Origin: Mytilus trossulus
Lineage: Eukaryota
DNA length: 64,000 bases
Direction: 5' to 3'
Assembly: GCF_036588685.1 (NCBI RefSeq)
Contig: NC_086374.1
Span: 90,396,001 to 90,460,000 of the forward strand
In this document: one piece after another, positions 11,541 through 25,445 of the stretch
Layout: each line of letters opens with the position of its first letter
How positions within the stretch are numbered: position 1 is the first letter of the stretch
Notes under the pieces: generated by a model
What the model was told of the DNA's origin: nothing
Database searches by the model: none
Seen by the model: the letters and a program-made list of their open reading frames with translations, nothing else
Program-made: the position numbers and the translations under genes

Positions 11541-14500
11541 TGTAGTTGAAGTTCCCATTTATCACAATATTTTTGATATATTATCTTCATTTAGTGTGAA
11601 ACATTTTAGTTATTACACAATGTATTGTGATTGACTTAATCATTGTTGTAAAAGTCACAGAAGTAGTATTTCATGTTAGAATTTATGCATTCTTCCAGGA
11701 ATTTTTTTCAGCCAAGGAATTCCTGTGATCTATCTATTTTATCTTTATATTGATGTAGAAATAATTTTAACATTTAAGGGAGATAATTCATGAATGTATT
11801 TATCTGTTTACACTTTCTAGTACCACTTATTAAATATAGATGGAATTTTGAGATTACCACTCTGACAGCCATGGGGGCATTGTCAGTGATGATAATATTC
11901 TAGATGCATAGGGTAGCAATCCTATTGAACTGATATTCCATTTCTTTTGTTTCGTTATACAACACCTTGGAAAGAAATGGGTCCAGCTCTTGTATTCAAT
12001 ATTCTTATTAATCTTGTTGATAAAATTTCTGGGCTTGATCTTAAAAATATGAGATCCAATCAAGCTGTGTAAGTACGTATAATCAAGTTTATTCCGAATA
12101 AAATATCAGTACAAAAAAATTATTTAAAAGTCATTGGGTTTTAATTAATCTGGCAGGTAGAGGCTTTTTTGGACGATTAATGCATTTCCATTAAGACATT
12201 TAGTTGAAACCCCCTTTAAACCTAGGTTGAAACCTCATGTTGTTAAGTCTTAAGAAAGCATGGCTATCATGAAACTGTATTGTTGAACAAAAAATATGTA
12301 CCGGTATATATGGTGACTCCAGTTAAGCTCTTGTTTGCTTGTACCACCAATATCAGGCAAATGCTTGGTTATTGCTGTCGAGTCAAAATAGTTTTTATGT
12401 TAACAAATTTGTGTTGTGGCTCATTACAGTCTCATTGTTAATTTTCACTGTTTTCTATGTTTATCAAATGTACTGGCTGTATTATACTACTGGAGGTTTA
12501 CCTGTTGTGAGTCAGTGGATTGTTGAAAGAGTATGTTATATAGTTTATTATTGTTGAAATCTTTATTGAAAGACATAGTAATTTATTGTAAACATAGTCA
12601 TTTATTGTAAGACATAATAATATATTAACATTAATTACAATTAAATGTTGTTATATATAAGTGTGTTATTACAAATGTATTATAATTTATTTCAAGAAAA
12701 AAAAACCAGTGTAAACAGATTTTATTGTAAAGGATATGGTTACTATTGTATTTTAAAATGTCACTTTTTAGACACACTCTTATTGAAGTGTAGATATTTA
12801 AAAAGAAATTTGTTTTTTCTCATTTAATTTCCCTGTTGATGAGAAACTGATGAATAAGTAAGGATAAACTTAGATAGCATATATTTGTACAATAATTTTA
12901 TTTTCAGTGCTAATTCTTTTATCTAAAACAAACATACGTCATTGTTTAAATTAGATGCGTTGTGTTCAAAGTAAAAATCATTCTATATACCTTAATTGTT
13001 TAATGGATGTCATAAATGTACTTTTACTTACAAATTTTGGGCAATATAGAATATGTTTATATGGCATCTATATGAGAAAGGCAGTTTTTACCTTAACTCG
13101 ATCAAGATAATTCATTGTCTATGCATACTATGATTGGTTTTCTTGGGTCCTGTGGGCATTAGTTTAACCAATGTACAATATTTGAAGGTGTCTGAAGAGC
13201 ACCTCAACCAAGCAAAGATGCTTAACTTGTTTTTTCAACCTATTTCAGTAGGTCTACTATTTAGCTTTATGTTTATAGGCTATTTTAGATTTTGAAAATG
13301 TTTTTGATCTCATCTTGTTCATGTTATTAGATTTCAATCAGCACTTACTGTAAATTCAATAACTAGTACTTGCATTTGATTTTGTAGAATGAACTCAAAT
13401 TTGAGATTATTAATTGCCATTTCTGAAAAATCTTCATTCAGTGATATAAATCAAATCAGATATAATGCAAGTTCTTATTATTGCGATACTCATCCAGTCG
13501 CATTATTGGCAGTAATAAAAACCTTGCAATAATTTAGTAATTTACATCAATATACATTTCTGAACCATGGTGTTAAAGTACAGCATATTGTCTCTCTTCT
13601 AACTCAATGTTAGAAAAAAGAAATTATATTCATGGAATCAAAGATGTGATGAAATCCGTCCAGTTTGTCTTTTGATAGCTTCTACTTTATTATTTTTGCA
13701 TGAATTTTATTAGATATTTTTCAATCATGTTTATGTGATAAATATAAACCACATTAATTTCATCTTTTAAAATTATTGTGAAGATCTACAATGGAGATCT
13801 TTTTTCATAAACAAATTAAACATAATCATCACAAGACTTGTACATGTGCACAAATCAGATCCAGTCATGTTTCACATTTTATTACCCATCCCCCTTTTTC
13901 CAAGGAAAGGACTGATAGCTTCACAATGTGATTTTTGTTCTTTAGGGCTGAAGATTTTTTTTTTACACTTTATAATATACTGATCTACTTTGTAAGAACG
14001 ACAACGGCTTTGTTTAGGCCTGAAATAAATAAAAATGCCAATTAAAGTTCTAAAATAAAGTCCTATTTAAAAATCTCAGCATTTTCTTCATAGCATTGTG
14101 AAATTATAATGAAAAGCTTAGTTTGAATGGTGTATCTTGCTACTCAGCCCTCAATTCTAGCATGAGAGATGATAGATGATCATAGATGAGGACTTACTTT
14201 CTTCAGGTTTTTTGGTCCCCCTTTTTCTCATTTTTCAAATTCTGTTTTGGAAAGCTACTTATCATGTTAAAATATTCCCTTAGGTTTGATGTTTGTTTGG
14301 ATGACAATAAAACGCCTGTTATCATACCTTGTCCTTTGCGTTGAATAATATAAGTGAGAAAAATTGGGAAAAAATAATACCTGATATGAATTACCCGCCT
14401 GTATTGATGTAAATTTTCTCCTGTTATCAGCTTGAGCAGATTTTCTGTATATTATTTTGTTTTTGTTATGAGAGAGTGGAGAACATTCCTTTGATGATTT

Positions 14501-14734
14501 GTTATTTATTTTGAATTGTTATCATGTACACAGTACATAATATATTTCTGGTAAATTTGTGCAATTTTGTAAATATGACACATAACATTAGATGTGAATA
14601 AAACAGATTTAAGATTCCCTTATGCAGTTTTTTTTGTTGTTTTTTCATTTACTAGAAGCAGGATTGTTTCATTTGTTTTGTTGGTACTTAATGCTTCTTA
14701 CAGTGACCATGGCCATATCAAGGTGGCTAGTTTT

Positions 14735-15340
14735 TGTCTCGCTTGATAGAGAAAAAAAGAGAGACATAGGTATGTGGTTTCCGGCTTCAGCGACGGTGGC
14801 TTCAACAATGTATTAGTTTGTGATAGGTCTAGTTTATGATGAACCACTAGTGGTAAGTCAAAGATCTTTGATATGTAGTTGTTTTAGTATCTCATTACCA
14901 TGGAGATTATTTGGCCCCACCCCCTCAGTTCTGGTATATTGACTTTCAAAATTTGTCTAGTTTTCATGTATTAGTTTGTGATTAGGTCGGTTTATGGGGA
15001 ACCACTAGTGGTAGGCCAATGATATTTTGTATGCAGTTGTATTAGCATTGACACATCTCATTTCCATGGAGATTATTTGACCCTGACCTCTCAGTTATGG
15101 TTTATTGATTTTGAAATTTTGCTTAGTTTACATTTATTACTTTGTGTTAAGGCTTGTTTAAAGGGAACAACTTATGATAAGTCAATGGTATTGGGTATGC
15201 AATTGAATTAGCATTGGCACATCTCAAATCTATGGAGATTGTTTAGCCATGTACCTTCAGTCATGATTCATTAAAGTCTTGCTATAATTTTAATTTTAAC
15301 ATGTGCATTATTGAAATTACAAATAGTGAAACATATCTCT
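14735..15340 (+). mobile_element. Degenerate Helentron-type non-autonomous element (HINE-like) with about three ~160-bp internal repeats
   Basis: ATGTATTAGTTTGTGAT...GAACCACTAGTGGTA...CCATGGAGATTATTTG recurs near 14808, 14966 and 15131; preceded by GTCTC..GAGAC inverted motif and a GC-rich GGC tract. Confidence 0.5.
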
Positions 15341-17230
15341 GTGATACCAGTTTATTTTTCTGATTTACTTGATGAAGTTTAATAAGGAAAGAACCAAGTT
15401 GTACATATTTGCGACGATTTATATTCGCGTTATTTTTCTACTCGCGAAAGTCGCGAAAATAAGTTGGCTCACAGTATTCAAACTCATCAGTTGAAAACAA
15501 ACGAAACATGCCAATTCAAAAGACGAAAAACGATAAAAAAAAAAAAGACCAACAACAGTATATAAAAGACAGCATAGAAGATTCAAGACTAAGCCTAAAA
15601 CATGAGCTAATTTTTTGTGCTCCAGGCTGGGTAGGCATTTCTTGTTTCAATTATTGTACCCGTCGTGTTGCTCATGTAAGTAAAAACTTGGTGATACGTC
15701 TAATTTAGTAGGTCACACTTTTGGAAAAGAGAACAGAATGTAGTTACAACAATGGAACATGTCCTTTGTCATCTTGAAACAATTAACCAACTTATGATAG
15801 CGATCTTTAAATTTCGAAGGGATACTTTCAACTTCACCACTTGTAACTCGTAGTTTCATAGCTAAGGGTTAGGGTTAGAGGCAACCTCATTCAAGAATAT
15901 CGTGCTGCAAAATGCAAGTTCTGAAATATTGTATCAAGTGGGAGATATACTAGTATATACTCTATATGAAAGTTTTACTGCAGTGATGAAATGTTGCTTC
16001 TTAGAAATGGAAAGTTGACAACTGGGAACCTGAAATTATCTCTTTCAATCGACCAAGTATGTTGCTAATGATGAATTTTTTAAATGGTAGAAATTATATC
16101 TTTTTCAAGATTACACGTGAGCTTCAGAAAGGGGTAAATCCGTCCCCTACTCAGAGGCCCTCTGTCGTAGTGCTGCAGTGACATTCAGACCCCTCGCAGA
16201 GGTCCACGCGTACAGGTATGAAAGGCCTCAGTGCTGTACTTTTTTTTACTTTCGAACTTTTATATCTGGGCGTCACTGGCCATTGTTATATTATACTTCG
16301 TTTCTGTGTGTGTTACATTTTAAGGTTGTGTTTCCGTTGTGTCGTTTATTTTCTCTTACATTTCAGTGTAAATTCACATTACTATAAGACGTGTCACGGT
16401 ACTTTTCTATCCGAAATTCATGTACTAGTATTTGGTTTTGATGTTATATTTTATATTCTCATCGAATTTTGTCTAATGCTTAGTCCGTTTTTGTGTGTGT
16501 TACATTTTAATGTTGTGTCATTGTTCTCTTATATTTAATGCGTTTCCCTCAGTTTTAGTTTGTTACCCCGATTTTGTTGGGTTTTTTTTCCATAGATTTA
16601 CGAGTTTTGAACAGCGGTATACTACTGTTGCCTTTATTGCTTGCTACACCACTGGTTTTTATTAGTTCTGTTTACTAATGCTTGTCTATTGGTCTTTTTC
16701 TTTTTTAGTTATGTCGTTGTCAGTTTATTTTCGCCTTATGAGTTTTAATGTCCCTTTAGTATCTTTCAACTCTCTTTTAGTGCCTCACTGGGTTTTGTGG
16801 TTGTGACCCTTCTAGATTTTCATATACTTGTATATATTATTGTTCAATGAGGAATCAGTCGTCATTGTCTAAGTAAACTTTACCTGGGGACATTTCAAAC
16901 TTCTTTCTTCGTGTCAGAAAATATTTAAGTTTAAGCACTGAAAATGTGTCATATAAAGCGATGCATGCAGGTGACATTTAAAATGCAATTTCAGACTGGA
17001 AAGAAAACAGTATGCTTAGTTACAAGAATTTTGTTTAATCACTGTTGTTCAAATGCAGCAGAACATTAGTAATCTTTTATTTCAAACGTTTTTTTGTAAA
17101 AATGAGTAAATAATCGTTACAGTTGTGTGACTAATAGAGGTTAATTATTTCCAATACAGTATTTAGTTCATACAATACATTACTAATACATGTACCTTAT
17201 AGAATAAAGTTCTATTAAAATAAAATCGAT

Positions 17231-18478
17231 TTAACTTTTAAATGATCTTGGCGTGGATCTTGCAGTAGATTTTGGTGTTCCAACGCGTCCAATGTGTGCC
17301 ACTTTTTGCTGAATTGATCCAAGGCGAGTTGTAGATTTGACTAAATCATACGGATATTCAACAGTTATGTCAATCGATTTTAATCTAGCCGATACCATTT
17401 TGATCTCGTCCTCCATGGCCTTTGTCTGCATGCGAATGGCTGCTAGTTCTTGCACTGCCTGAGTATTACCAGAATTTTCTTGGATGCTGTCCAAGAGCAT
17501 TTTATAGAAATTCAATGTGTTATTCTTTGTTTTGAATGTCTTTGCTTCCTTTTCGAGTTCTGTTTGTTTTTGTGTGTGGAATGCATCGAGTTCTGTGGCC
17601 AAATTATCTTCCAATTCATCTAAATGGGTATTTATCTTTTCTCTAAATTCTCGAAGTCTTCCCTGCTCAAATTTCAATTGGTCATCCAGTTTCTTTTTAT
17701 TTTGCATTCGACCTTGAAAAAGTTTCTCCGTTTCAGTTTCTAAAGTGTCTACGGCTTTACGCAGCCTCATAGTACTAGGGTCCATTTTTATATTGATAGC
17801 AACTTGATGTAAAAGAACTACAGTGCAACCTTTATGCATGACCTTTGCACAAATCGGACAGCATGGCGTCCATTCCTCTTTGCAGAAATGAGTCATTTCT
17901 TCATTATGATGGTATTTACATTTGCGAACGAACTCAAAATTTCCAGGAGTAAGCATCTCTTTAAGCCTAACAACCGGATGTCGGAGTTTAGTTGTTGTTA
18001 AATCTTTATGATAGTCAGCATGTTCATCACACAGAGCCTGAGCACAGTAGCCACACCATGAAGAAGCCTTGGATTCCCTTCCACGTTCCTTACAACGATT
18101 ACAAGATGGCGAAGACGCACATTTTCTACTCATCAATGTAGAAATTAATGTACTAGTTGGAAGATTCTCGGCAAATTCTTTAGCAGACATATTCGAAACA
18201 GTGGCGGCAGGCATTTCGCAAACCGGACAGGAAACATGCGAAGAAGATTTTGTATCCTTAATTTGTTGAACATATAACTCTATACAAGATTCACAGAATG
18301 AATGAATGCACGGTAAATGTTTAGGACAACACATGTCCTTCTTGCACAAATGACATGTTGTAAGATTGAGAATGGACTCAAATGGCGTCTCGGACTTCCT
18401 GCTTTGGACAGAAGCAGACGAATGCTGCCTCTTCTTTAGATGTGGTCCTTTTGACGTTGTAAAGATTGCGCTCGACAT
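17231..18478 (-). CDS. TRIM/RBCC E3 ligase A (RING, B-box1, B-box2, coiled coil; no C-terminal domain), 415 aa, single coding exon
   Basis: C3HC4 RING CHLC..LPCIHSFCESC..CPVC; B-box1 CNRC..WCGYCAQALCDEHADYH; B-box2 CKYH..FCKEEWTPCCPIC..H..C; long heptad region. AATAAA on - at 17076-17081. Confidence 0.92.
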   Translation of the reverse strand: MSSAIFTTSKGPHLKKRQHSSASVQSRKSETPFESILNLTTCHLCKKDMCCPKHLPCIHSFCESCIELYVQQIKDTKSSSHVSCPVCEMPAATVSNMSAKEFAENLPTSTLISTLMSRKCASSPSCNRCKERGRESKASSWCGYCAQALCDEHADYHKDLTTTKLRHPVVRLKEMLTPGNFEFVRKCKYHHNEEMTHFCKEEWTPCCPICAKVMHKGCTVVLLHQVAINIKMDPSTMRLRKAVDTLETETEKLFQGRMQNKKKLDDQLKFEQGRLREFREKINTHLDELEDNLATELDAFHTQKQTELEKEAKTFKTKNNTLNFYKMLLDSIQENSGNTQAVQELAAIRMQTKAMEDEIKMVSARLKSIDITVEYPYDLVKSTTRLGSIQQKVAHIGRVGTPKSTARSTPRSFKS

Positions 18479-18782
18479 CTTTTCTTGCTGTCCACCTATT
18501 TTGAAACAAATTTACTGTAATTCGGTCCTCAAAATCTTCCTTATTGATTTTAATATATGAACAATGTGTCAGCATTATATGTACGTAGACAAAACTTGTA
18601 GCCTTTCTGAAATTACTGATCCATATTAAGAGTAACAAATACAAATATTGAATTAGTTCGATGCCCATGAGTGATATGAGCAAGTGGAATTTAATATTTT
18701 GATATTGTTAACACATTGATATCTTTGCCGTTTTAAATTTTATTTTGTTTTACTTCTGTCTTTCTTTACATAAATGATTGTC

Positions 18783-19887
18783 CCCGTACGAAATAAGTAG
18801 TAGGATTCCACCCAGACACTAGTAGGAATGAAGTAGGAAACCACATAGATTCAAAGATTCTATATAGAAAGTAGACGGACATGGAAAATGAACAAAAGTC
18901 TGACTGGATTTTTTAATATTCCCACTTCAAAAATCCTACTACCTAGGTGGAATTGTTAAAGTCTGTATAGATTTTTTTTTGTTTTGAAAATCTGAGTTGA
19001 TTATTTATTTTCCTACTACATGTTTATGATTCCTACCAGAATTTATTTATAAATTCCTACCAGAAAATATTTCTACCTGGAAAGTTATCTTGAACTGGAT
19101 TCCTGTTTGCAAATGACACACATTTTGCAATGTTAAATGCAAGCAAGTTCCAGTTCACAAATTCAAAAGTTGGAGGGGAAAGATTGAAAAATTGTGTTGG
19201 AATACAATGATGCAAGCTAGGGTCACACAACGTAACAATGTAGAAATGTAAGAAAATGTGGATAATCAAGACTAAAGGTAATTCTTATACATTCAAGATG
19301 ATTGTTTTGTATCTGCCTGCCAAAAGTATTTAGTAATCAATTAATAATTCATTAATAGTGCATAATCTTACTCATTATTTGTTCTTTAAACTAATTTAGA
19401 TCTACATGTTCTTTATGTATAACACTTTCTATAGCTTGCATACATTACATGCAGTTTCCTTAAACATTTCAAAAGTCTATTTTTTTTAAAAAGGAATTGA
19501 TTCCATGAATGTCCTTTGCTCTTTGTTGTTGAGATTCAAACTTATCATTGACCCAGTTGTGTATTTTTGAATATACACTTACATTTTGTATATTTTTAGA
19601 TTCCTACTAGAAAATATTTTTTTCTGGGTGGAATTTTGAAAAATTCCTACCAGGTTTTCTAGTAGGAATTTTATTTTCCTACCAAATTATTCCTGCTAAT
19701 TTGCATATTCCTGGTAGGAATATACAATATTCCTACTAAGAAATTCCTGCTAATTTAAATTTTTCGCCTATTTTCCGTGTGGATTCCTACTACTGTCTGA
19801 CTGGAATATCACTTTTTTCTGGTAGGAATTCAAAGCAAACTTCCTACTATATTCTGTGTACATTCCATACAGATTGTTTCATACAGG
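18783..19887. mobile_element. Degenerate TIR element with subterminal TAGTAGGAAT / ATTCCTACTA repeats (possibly CMC/EnSpm-like)
   Basis: Ends CCCGTACGAAATAA / TTGTTTCATACAGG; the CCTAC motif recurs many times in both orientations near each end. Confidence 0.45.
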
Positions 19888-19956
19888 TCATACTTTGTAT
19901 TTCTTACTTTTAATGGTATGATCAAAATGATGTGAATATTAATCTTGGCCAGATAT

Positions 19957-21486
19957 TACGGGGCGCCGAATGGGACTCTTGTGGTTTTGTACAAAATTCA
20001 ATTCTGTCATAACAAAATCATTTTTGTCTTACAAAACTATGTGCTACAGATTTGTTTTGTGAGAACTTCAATTTTGTGATGACAAAATTCATTTGTGTAG
20101 ACAAAATTCATTTTTGTCATGACAAAATTCATTTTTGTAGACAAAATTCATATTTGTCATGACAAAAGTCAATTTTGTCTTAAAGGTATGCAAATATAAA
20201 CATATTTGCCTACAAAATTGACTTTTGTTACCTGATATGGAAATTAAATCACAAAAGTCAATTGTGTACGGTAAGATTCAATTTTGTGAGACAAAATTGA
20301 CTTTTGTGAAACAAAATTAACTTTTGTGAGACAAAATTGACTTTTGTGAGACAAAATTGACTTTTGTGAGACAAAATTGACTTTTGTGAGACAAAATTCA
20401 ATTTTGTCATTTTTGTTGAGACAAAATTCAATTTTGTCATTTTTGTTGAGACAAAAGTCAATTTTGTTAATTTTGATGAGACAAAAGTCAATTTTGTAAA
20501 TTTTGTTGAGACAAAAGTCAATTTTGTTAATTTTGTTGAGACAAAAGTCAATTTTGTTAATTTTGTTGAGACAAAAGTCAATTTTGTCAATTTTGTTGAG
20601 ACAAAGGTCAATTTTGTCAATTTTGTTGAGACAAAAGTCAATTTTGTGACGACAAAATTCATTTTTGTGATGACAAAATTCAATTTTGTAACAACAAAAT
20701 TGACTTTTATGAGACAAAATTGACTTTCGTGAGACAAAATTGACTTTCGTGAGACAAAAATCAATTTTGTTGAGACAAAATTCAATTTTGTTGAGACAAA
20801 ATTCAATTTTGTCATTTTTGTTGAGACAAAATTCAATTTTGTTAATTTTGTTGAGACAAAATTCAATTTATTCAATTTTGTTGAGACAAATTCAATTTTG
20901 TCAATTTTGTTGAGACAAAATTCAATTTTGTCAATTTTGTTGAGACAAAATTCAATTTTGTCAATTTTGTTGAGACAAAATTCAATTTTGTCAATTTTGT
21001 TGAGACAAAATTCAATTTTATCAATTTTGTTGAGACAAAATTCAATTTTGTCAATTTTGATGCGACAAAAGTCAATTTTGTCAATTTTGTGTAACAAAAG
21101 TCAATTTTGTGTAACAAAAGTCAATTTTGTGTAACAAAAGTCAATTTTGTGTAACAAAAGTCAATTTTGTGTAACAAAAGTCGATTTTGTATGCAAATTA
21201 GTTCACAGAAACCAAACTAAACTAATTTAAATACCAAATTGACTTTTGTCGCTCAATTTTCAATTTAGGTAACAAAAGTCAAGTCTGTGTAACAAAAATG
21301 AATTTTGTCATGACAAAAGTGACTTTTGTCCGCTGATAGATAATTTTGTATGACAAAATTTCAAATTTGTAGTATGATACAAATTTTGTTAAACTGAACT
21401 CATTTTTGTTGAACAAAAGTCACTTTTGTCCGTACAAAATTGAATTTTGAGTACAAAACCACAAGAGTCCCATTCGGCGCCCCGTA
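19957..21486. mobile_element. Foldback-like non-autonomous DNA transposon filled with palindromic 20/30-bp repeats
   Basis: Perfect 36-bp TIR TACGGGGCGCCGAATGGGACTCTTGTGGTTTTGTAC; direct repeat GATAT on both flanks; interior made of GAGACAAAATTCAATTTTGT variants. Confidence 0.9.
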
Positions 21487-21944
21487 GATATAGAGTAGAA
21501 GTTAAAACTTCTAAATTGTCCAAAATTATGCTTCGTAAATTTCAAAGCACCTTATTTATTATAATTATCACATTCAATTTTGTATATAAATCTTGTGAAC
21601 AATGGCGAAAATCTGCGATATTCTGTATTCACTAAAAAACTGATTGGATGAATAAAATTATACTTGAAGTCTTTGTTCATTATCACTTCAGTTAAGTTTA
21701 AAATGTCAGCCTAGTTTGTACATTTTATATTTTCAAGTTTTCGTATCTTGTCGAAGCCAAGAGAACCTAAAGTGATCGTCATAAATTATATAATGAGTGT
21801 AAGTTACGTTTGAAAATCAACCTTAACTTGGCACATTTTTCAACATCAAATGCACAAAGTTATCACTTAATCTTCAAAATAATGGTAGGAAAATTTGTCT
21901 CCTGTTTGTTCCGTTCATAATTGTCATTCTCCCAGTCGTTAGTG

Positions 21945-22895
21945 AATACATGGATTGTCAGTGTGTGCATGGATTGTCAGTATGTACATAGATTGTCAGT
22001 GTGTACATGTATTGTCAGTGTGTGCATGGATTGTTAGTATGTACATAGATTGTCAGTGTGTACATGTATTGTCAGTGTGTGCATTGATCGCCAGTCTGTA
22101 CATGTATTGTCAGTGCAAACATGGATTGTCAGTCTGTACATGGATTGTCAGTGTGTACATGTATTGTCAGTGTGTGCATTGACTCGCCAGTCTGAACATT
22201 GATTGTCAGTGTATACATGGATTGTAAGTGTGTACATGGATTGTCAGTCTGTACATGGATTGTCAGTGTATACATAGATTGTCTGTGTGTACATGGATTG
22301 TCAGTGTATACATGGATTGTCAGTGTGTACATGGATTGTCAGTGTATACATGGATTGTCAGTGTGATCATGGACTGTCAGTGTGTACATAGATTGTCATT
22401 TAATACATGAATTGTCAGTGTGTACATGGATTGTCAGTGTGTACATGGATTGTCATTGAATACATGAATTGTCAGTGTGTACATGGATTGTCAGTGTGTA
22501 CATGGATTTTCAGCGTATACATGGATTGTCAGTGTATACATGGATTGTCAGTCTGTACATGGATTGTCAGTGTGTACATGGATTGTCAGTCTATACATGA
22601 ATTGTCAGTGTGTGTATGGATTGTCAGTCTGTTCATGGATTATCTGCGTATATATGGATTCTCAATGTGTACATGGTGTGTCAGTGTGTGCATGGATTTT
22701 CAGTGTATACATGGGTTGTCAGTCTGTTCTTGGATTGTCTGTGTATTAATGGATTGTCTGTGTTAACATGGATTTTCTGCGTATATATGGATTGTCAGTG
22801 TTAACATGGATTTTCTGCGTATATATGGATTGTCAGTGTTAACATGGATTTTCTGCGTATATATGGATTGTCAGTGTGTACATTGATTGTCAGTA
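21945..22895. repeat. 19-bp minisatellite (CATGGATTGTCAGTGTGTA)n, about 50 copies
   Basis: Visible 19-nt periodicity; the distal end carries three copies of a 38-bp dimer. Confidence 0.95.
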
Positions 22896-22910
22896 CACCT
22901 TTTTATATTT

Positions 22911-24220
22911 TTAGCTCACCTGGCCCAAAGGGCCAAGTGAGCTTTTCTCATCACTTGGCGTCCGGCGTCCGGCGTCCGTCGTCCGTCGTCGTCCGGCGTT
23001 AGCTTGTACAAAAATCTTCTCCTCTGAAACTACTGGGCCAAATCAAACCAAACTTGGCCACAATCATCATTGGGGTATCTAGTTTTAAAAATGTGTGGCG
23101 TGACCCGGTCATCCAACCAAGATGGCCGCCACGGCTAAAAATAGAACATAGGGGTAAAATGCAGTTTTTGGCTTATAACTCAAAAACCAAAGCATTTAGA
23201 GGAAATCTGACATGGGATAAAAATGTTCATCAGGTCAAGATCTATCTGCCCTGAAATTTTCAGATGAATCGGTTAACCTGTTGTTGGGTTGCTGCCCCTG
23301 AATTGGTAATTTTGAGGAAATTTTGCTGTTTTTGGTTATTATCTTGAATATTATTATAGATAGAGATAAACTGTAAACAGTAATAATGTTCAGCAAAGTT
23401 AGATTTACAAATAAGTCAACATGACCGAAATGGTCAGTTGACCCCTTTAGGAGTTATTGCCCTTTATAGTCAATTTTTAACCATTTTTCATAAATCTAAG
23501 TAATCTTTTACAAAAATCTTCTCCTCTGAAACTACTGAGCCAAATTAATCCAAACTTGGCCACAATCATTTTTGGGGTATCTAGTTTAAAAAATGTGTGG
23601 CGTGACCCGGTCAACCAACCAAGATGGCCGCCACGGCTAAAAATAGAACATAGGGGTAAAATGCAGTTTTTGGCTTATAACTCAAAAACCAAAGCATTTT
23701 GAGGAAATTTGACTTGGGGATAAAAATGTTTATCAGGTCAATATCTATCTGCCCTGAAATTTTCAGATGAATTGGACAATCGGTTGTTGGCTTGCTGCCC
23801 TCCAATTGGTAATTTTTAAAGAAATTTTGCCGTTTTTGGTTATTATCTTGAATACTATTATAGATAGAGATAAACTGTAAACAGCAATAATGTTCAGCAA
23901 AGTAAGATCTACAAATAAGTCAACATGACCTAAATAGTCAATTGACCCCTTAAGGAGTTATTGCCCTTTATAGTCAATTTTTAACAATTTTCATTAATTC
24001 GGTAAATTTATGTAAATTTTTAACAAATATTTTTCTCTGTTACTAATGGGCAAGGTTCATTATAGATATAATTGTAAGAAGCAAGAACGTTCAGTAAAGT
24101 AAGAACTTGAAACACATCACTATCACCAAAATACAATTTTGTCATGAATCCATTTGTGTCCTTTGTTTAATATGCACATAGACCAAGGTGAGCGACACAG
24201 GCTCTTTAGAGCCTCTAGTT
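22911..24220 (+). mobile_element. Helentron-associated non-autonomous element (HINE; DTC84/Pearl-like architecture) with ~2.3 internal ~505-bp units
   Basis: 5' subterminal GCTCACCTGG with nearby inverted copy, (CGTC/CGTCCGG)n microsatellite, tandem core repeats, 3' CCAAGGTGAGC and hairpin AGGCTCTTTAGAGCCT, T-rich insertion site. Confidence 0.85.
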
Positions 24221-24479
24221 ATTTTCGTTATCAGGACAGCTTTGAAAAAGAACCGATATAGGAAGTAGATACAGGGAAAATACATTCCATTAGAATATTC
24301 AACATGAAAAAAAAAGAAAAATTACAAAAATACCTCTTTTCCAAGAAAATTGAAAAACGGAACGTCCCTTATCAAATGGCAAAATCAAAAGCTTAGCCGT
24401 CTTTTTTTTTTGTCTCATTATGAAAGAATGAGTATAACGATGTGTACTTCATGTGAGACACATGAACTCTATTGCTTTG

Positions 24480-25445
24480 TTTTATATAAAAAAAAAAAAG
24501 GTCAACGTTGATAAAAGTTCCTTGTATAAGGGAGGAATAAATCATACTTTGTTAAAACAACTCTGATTAAAAAAAACATCCCCTGAAATTGACGTCAAGA
24601 TGCTTGATTTCTTTATTGTTAATAAAAAAAATTAATTTCGAGGACAACAAATCTGCGTTCCCATGGGAACCAAATGTGTTCCTCTTCTTATGCCTCTCAC
24701 TAAATAATTTAAGTTTGGTTATTAAGCTGAACACATATATCCCATCTTCCTTGTAATAGAAGATACAACTGATTCAGTTAAGTTGACCCAAAATCTTGAC
24801 GCATCTAGAAATTCAAAATTAGCGTCGTTTGAGAACAAAACTTTACGACAAAAGAGATGATTTTAGTTTTCCAATTGTGAACTTTATATTTTATGAGCAA
24901 CATTCCAGCAGCTCCTGCATACGGAGTATATATCTCCCGTTTGAATCGATATGCCAGAGCTAGAGTTTCCTATTATATTTTGCTTGCTAGAGGGTTTCTG
25001 CTCATAAGTAAACTATTGAACCAACAATTTTAATAGGTGATGATGAAATCGTCCTTTCGAAAAGAATTATTGACGCCATCACGAGTTGGTTGACCATTAT
25101 GAAATATCTGTTTCACAGATGACGACGAATATATTCAAATCGTCGTTATCACAATTCCGTCCCCCTTCTTAAATGTGACCTACCGAATAAGACTTCGACG
25201 AGTTAGTACTGATATAAGCAACATGACGAGTGCCACATTTGGATCAGGATTAGCTTACCCTTCTAGAGCACCTAAGATTACCCAAGTTTTCTGTGGGGTT
25301 TGTGTTGCTTAGTATTTTGTTTTCTTTATGTTTTGTGTATCGTTGTTGACTTTTGGTCGTTTTCTTTTCTTTCTTTTTTTTGCCATGGCGATGTCAGTTT
25401 ATTTTCGACTTATGAGTTAGGATGTCCTGTGCTATCTTTTCTCGT
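24480..25445 (+). mobile_element. Decayed Penelope-like retroelement (RT C-terminal half plus 3' tail)
   Basis: Remnant peptides VPMGTKCVPLL, RTKLYDKRDDFSFPIVNF and SNIPAAPAYGVYISRLNRYARA with frameshifts; tail homologous to 40533-40908. Confidence 0.75.

Larger units (their letters stand above)
10122..14620 (+). other. Probable long (~4.5 kb) NEK7 3' UTR
   Basis: T/TGT-rich stretch with few interspersed repeats after the stop, ending with AATAAA at 14597-14602 and a T-rich downstream tract. Earlier AATAAA sites exist, so the end point is uncertain. Confidence 0.4.

Noticed and set aside
20244-21134. Several repetitive ORFs up to 279 aa (KIDKIEFCLN / STKLTKLNFV)
   Set aside because: By-products of the 30-bp repeat in the TIR element; no transposase motifs.
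21955-22804. Cys-rich ORFs (MDCQCVHGLSVCTW) resembling EGF or metallothionein repeats
   Set aside because: A 19-bp unit cycles through all frames and gives the same peptide in each; this is a minisatellite.
19957-22895. CRISPR-like appearance of regular palindromic repeats
   Set aside because: No unique spacers, no cas genes, eukaryotic context.
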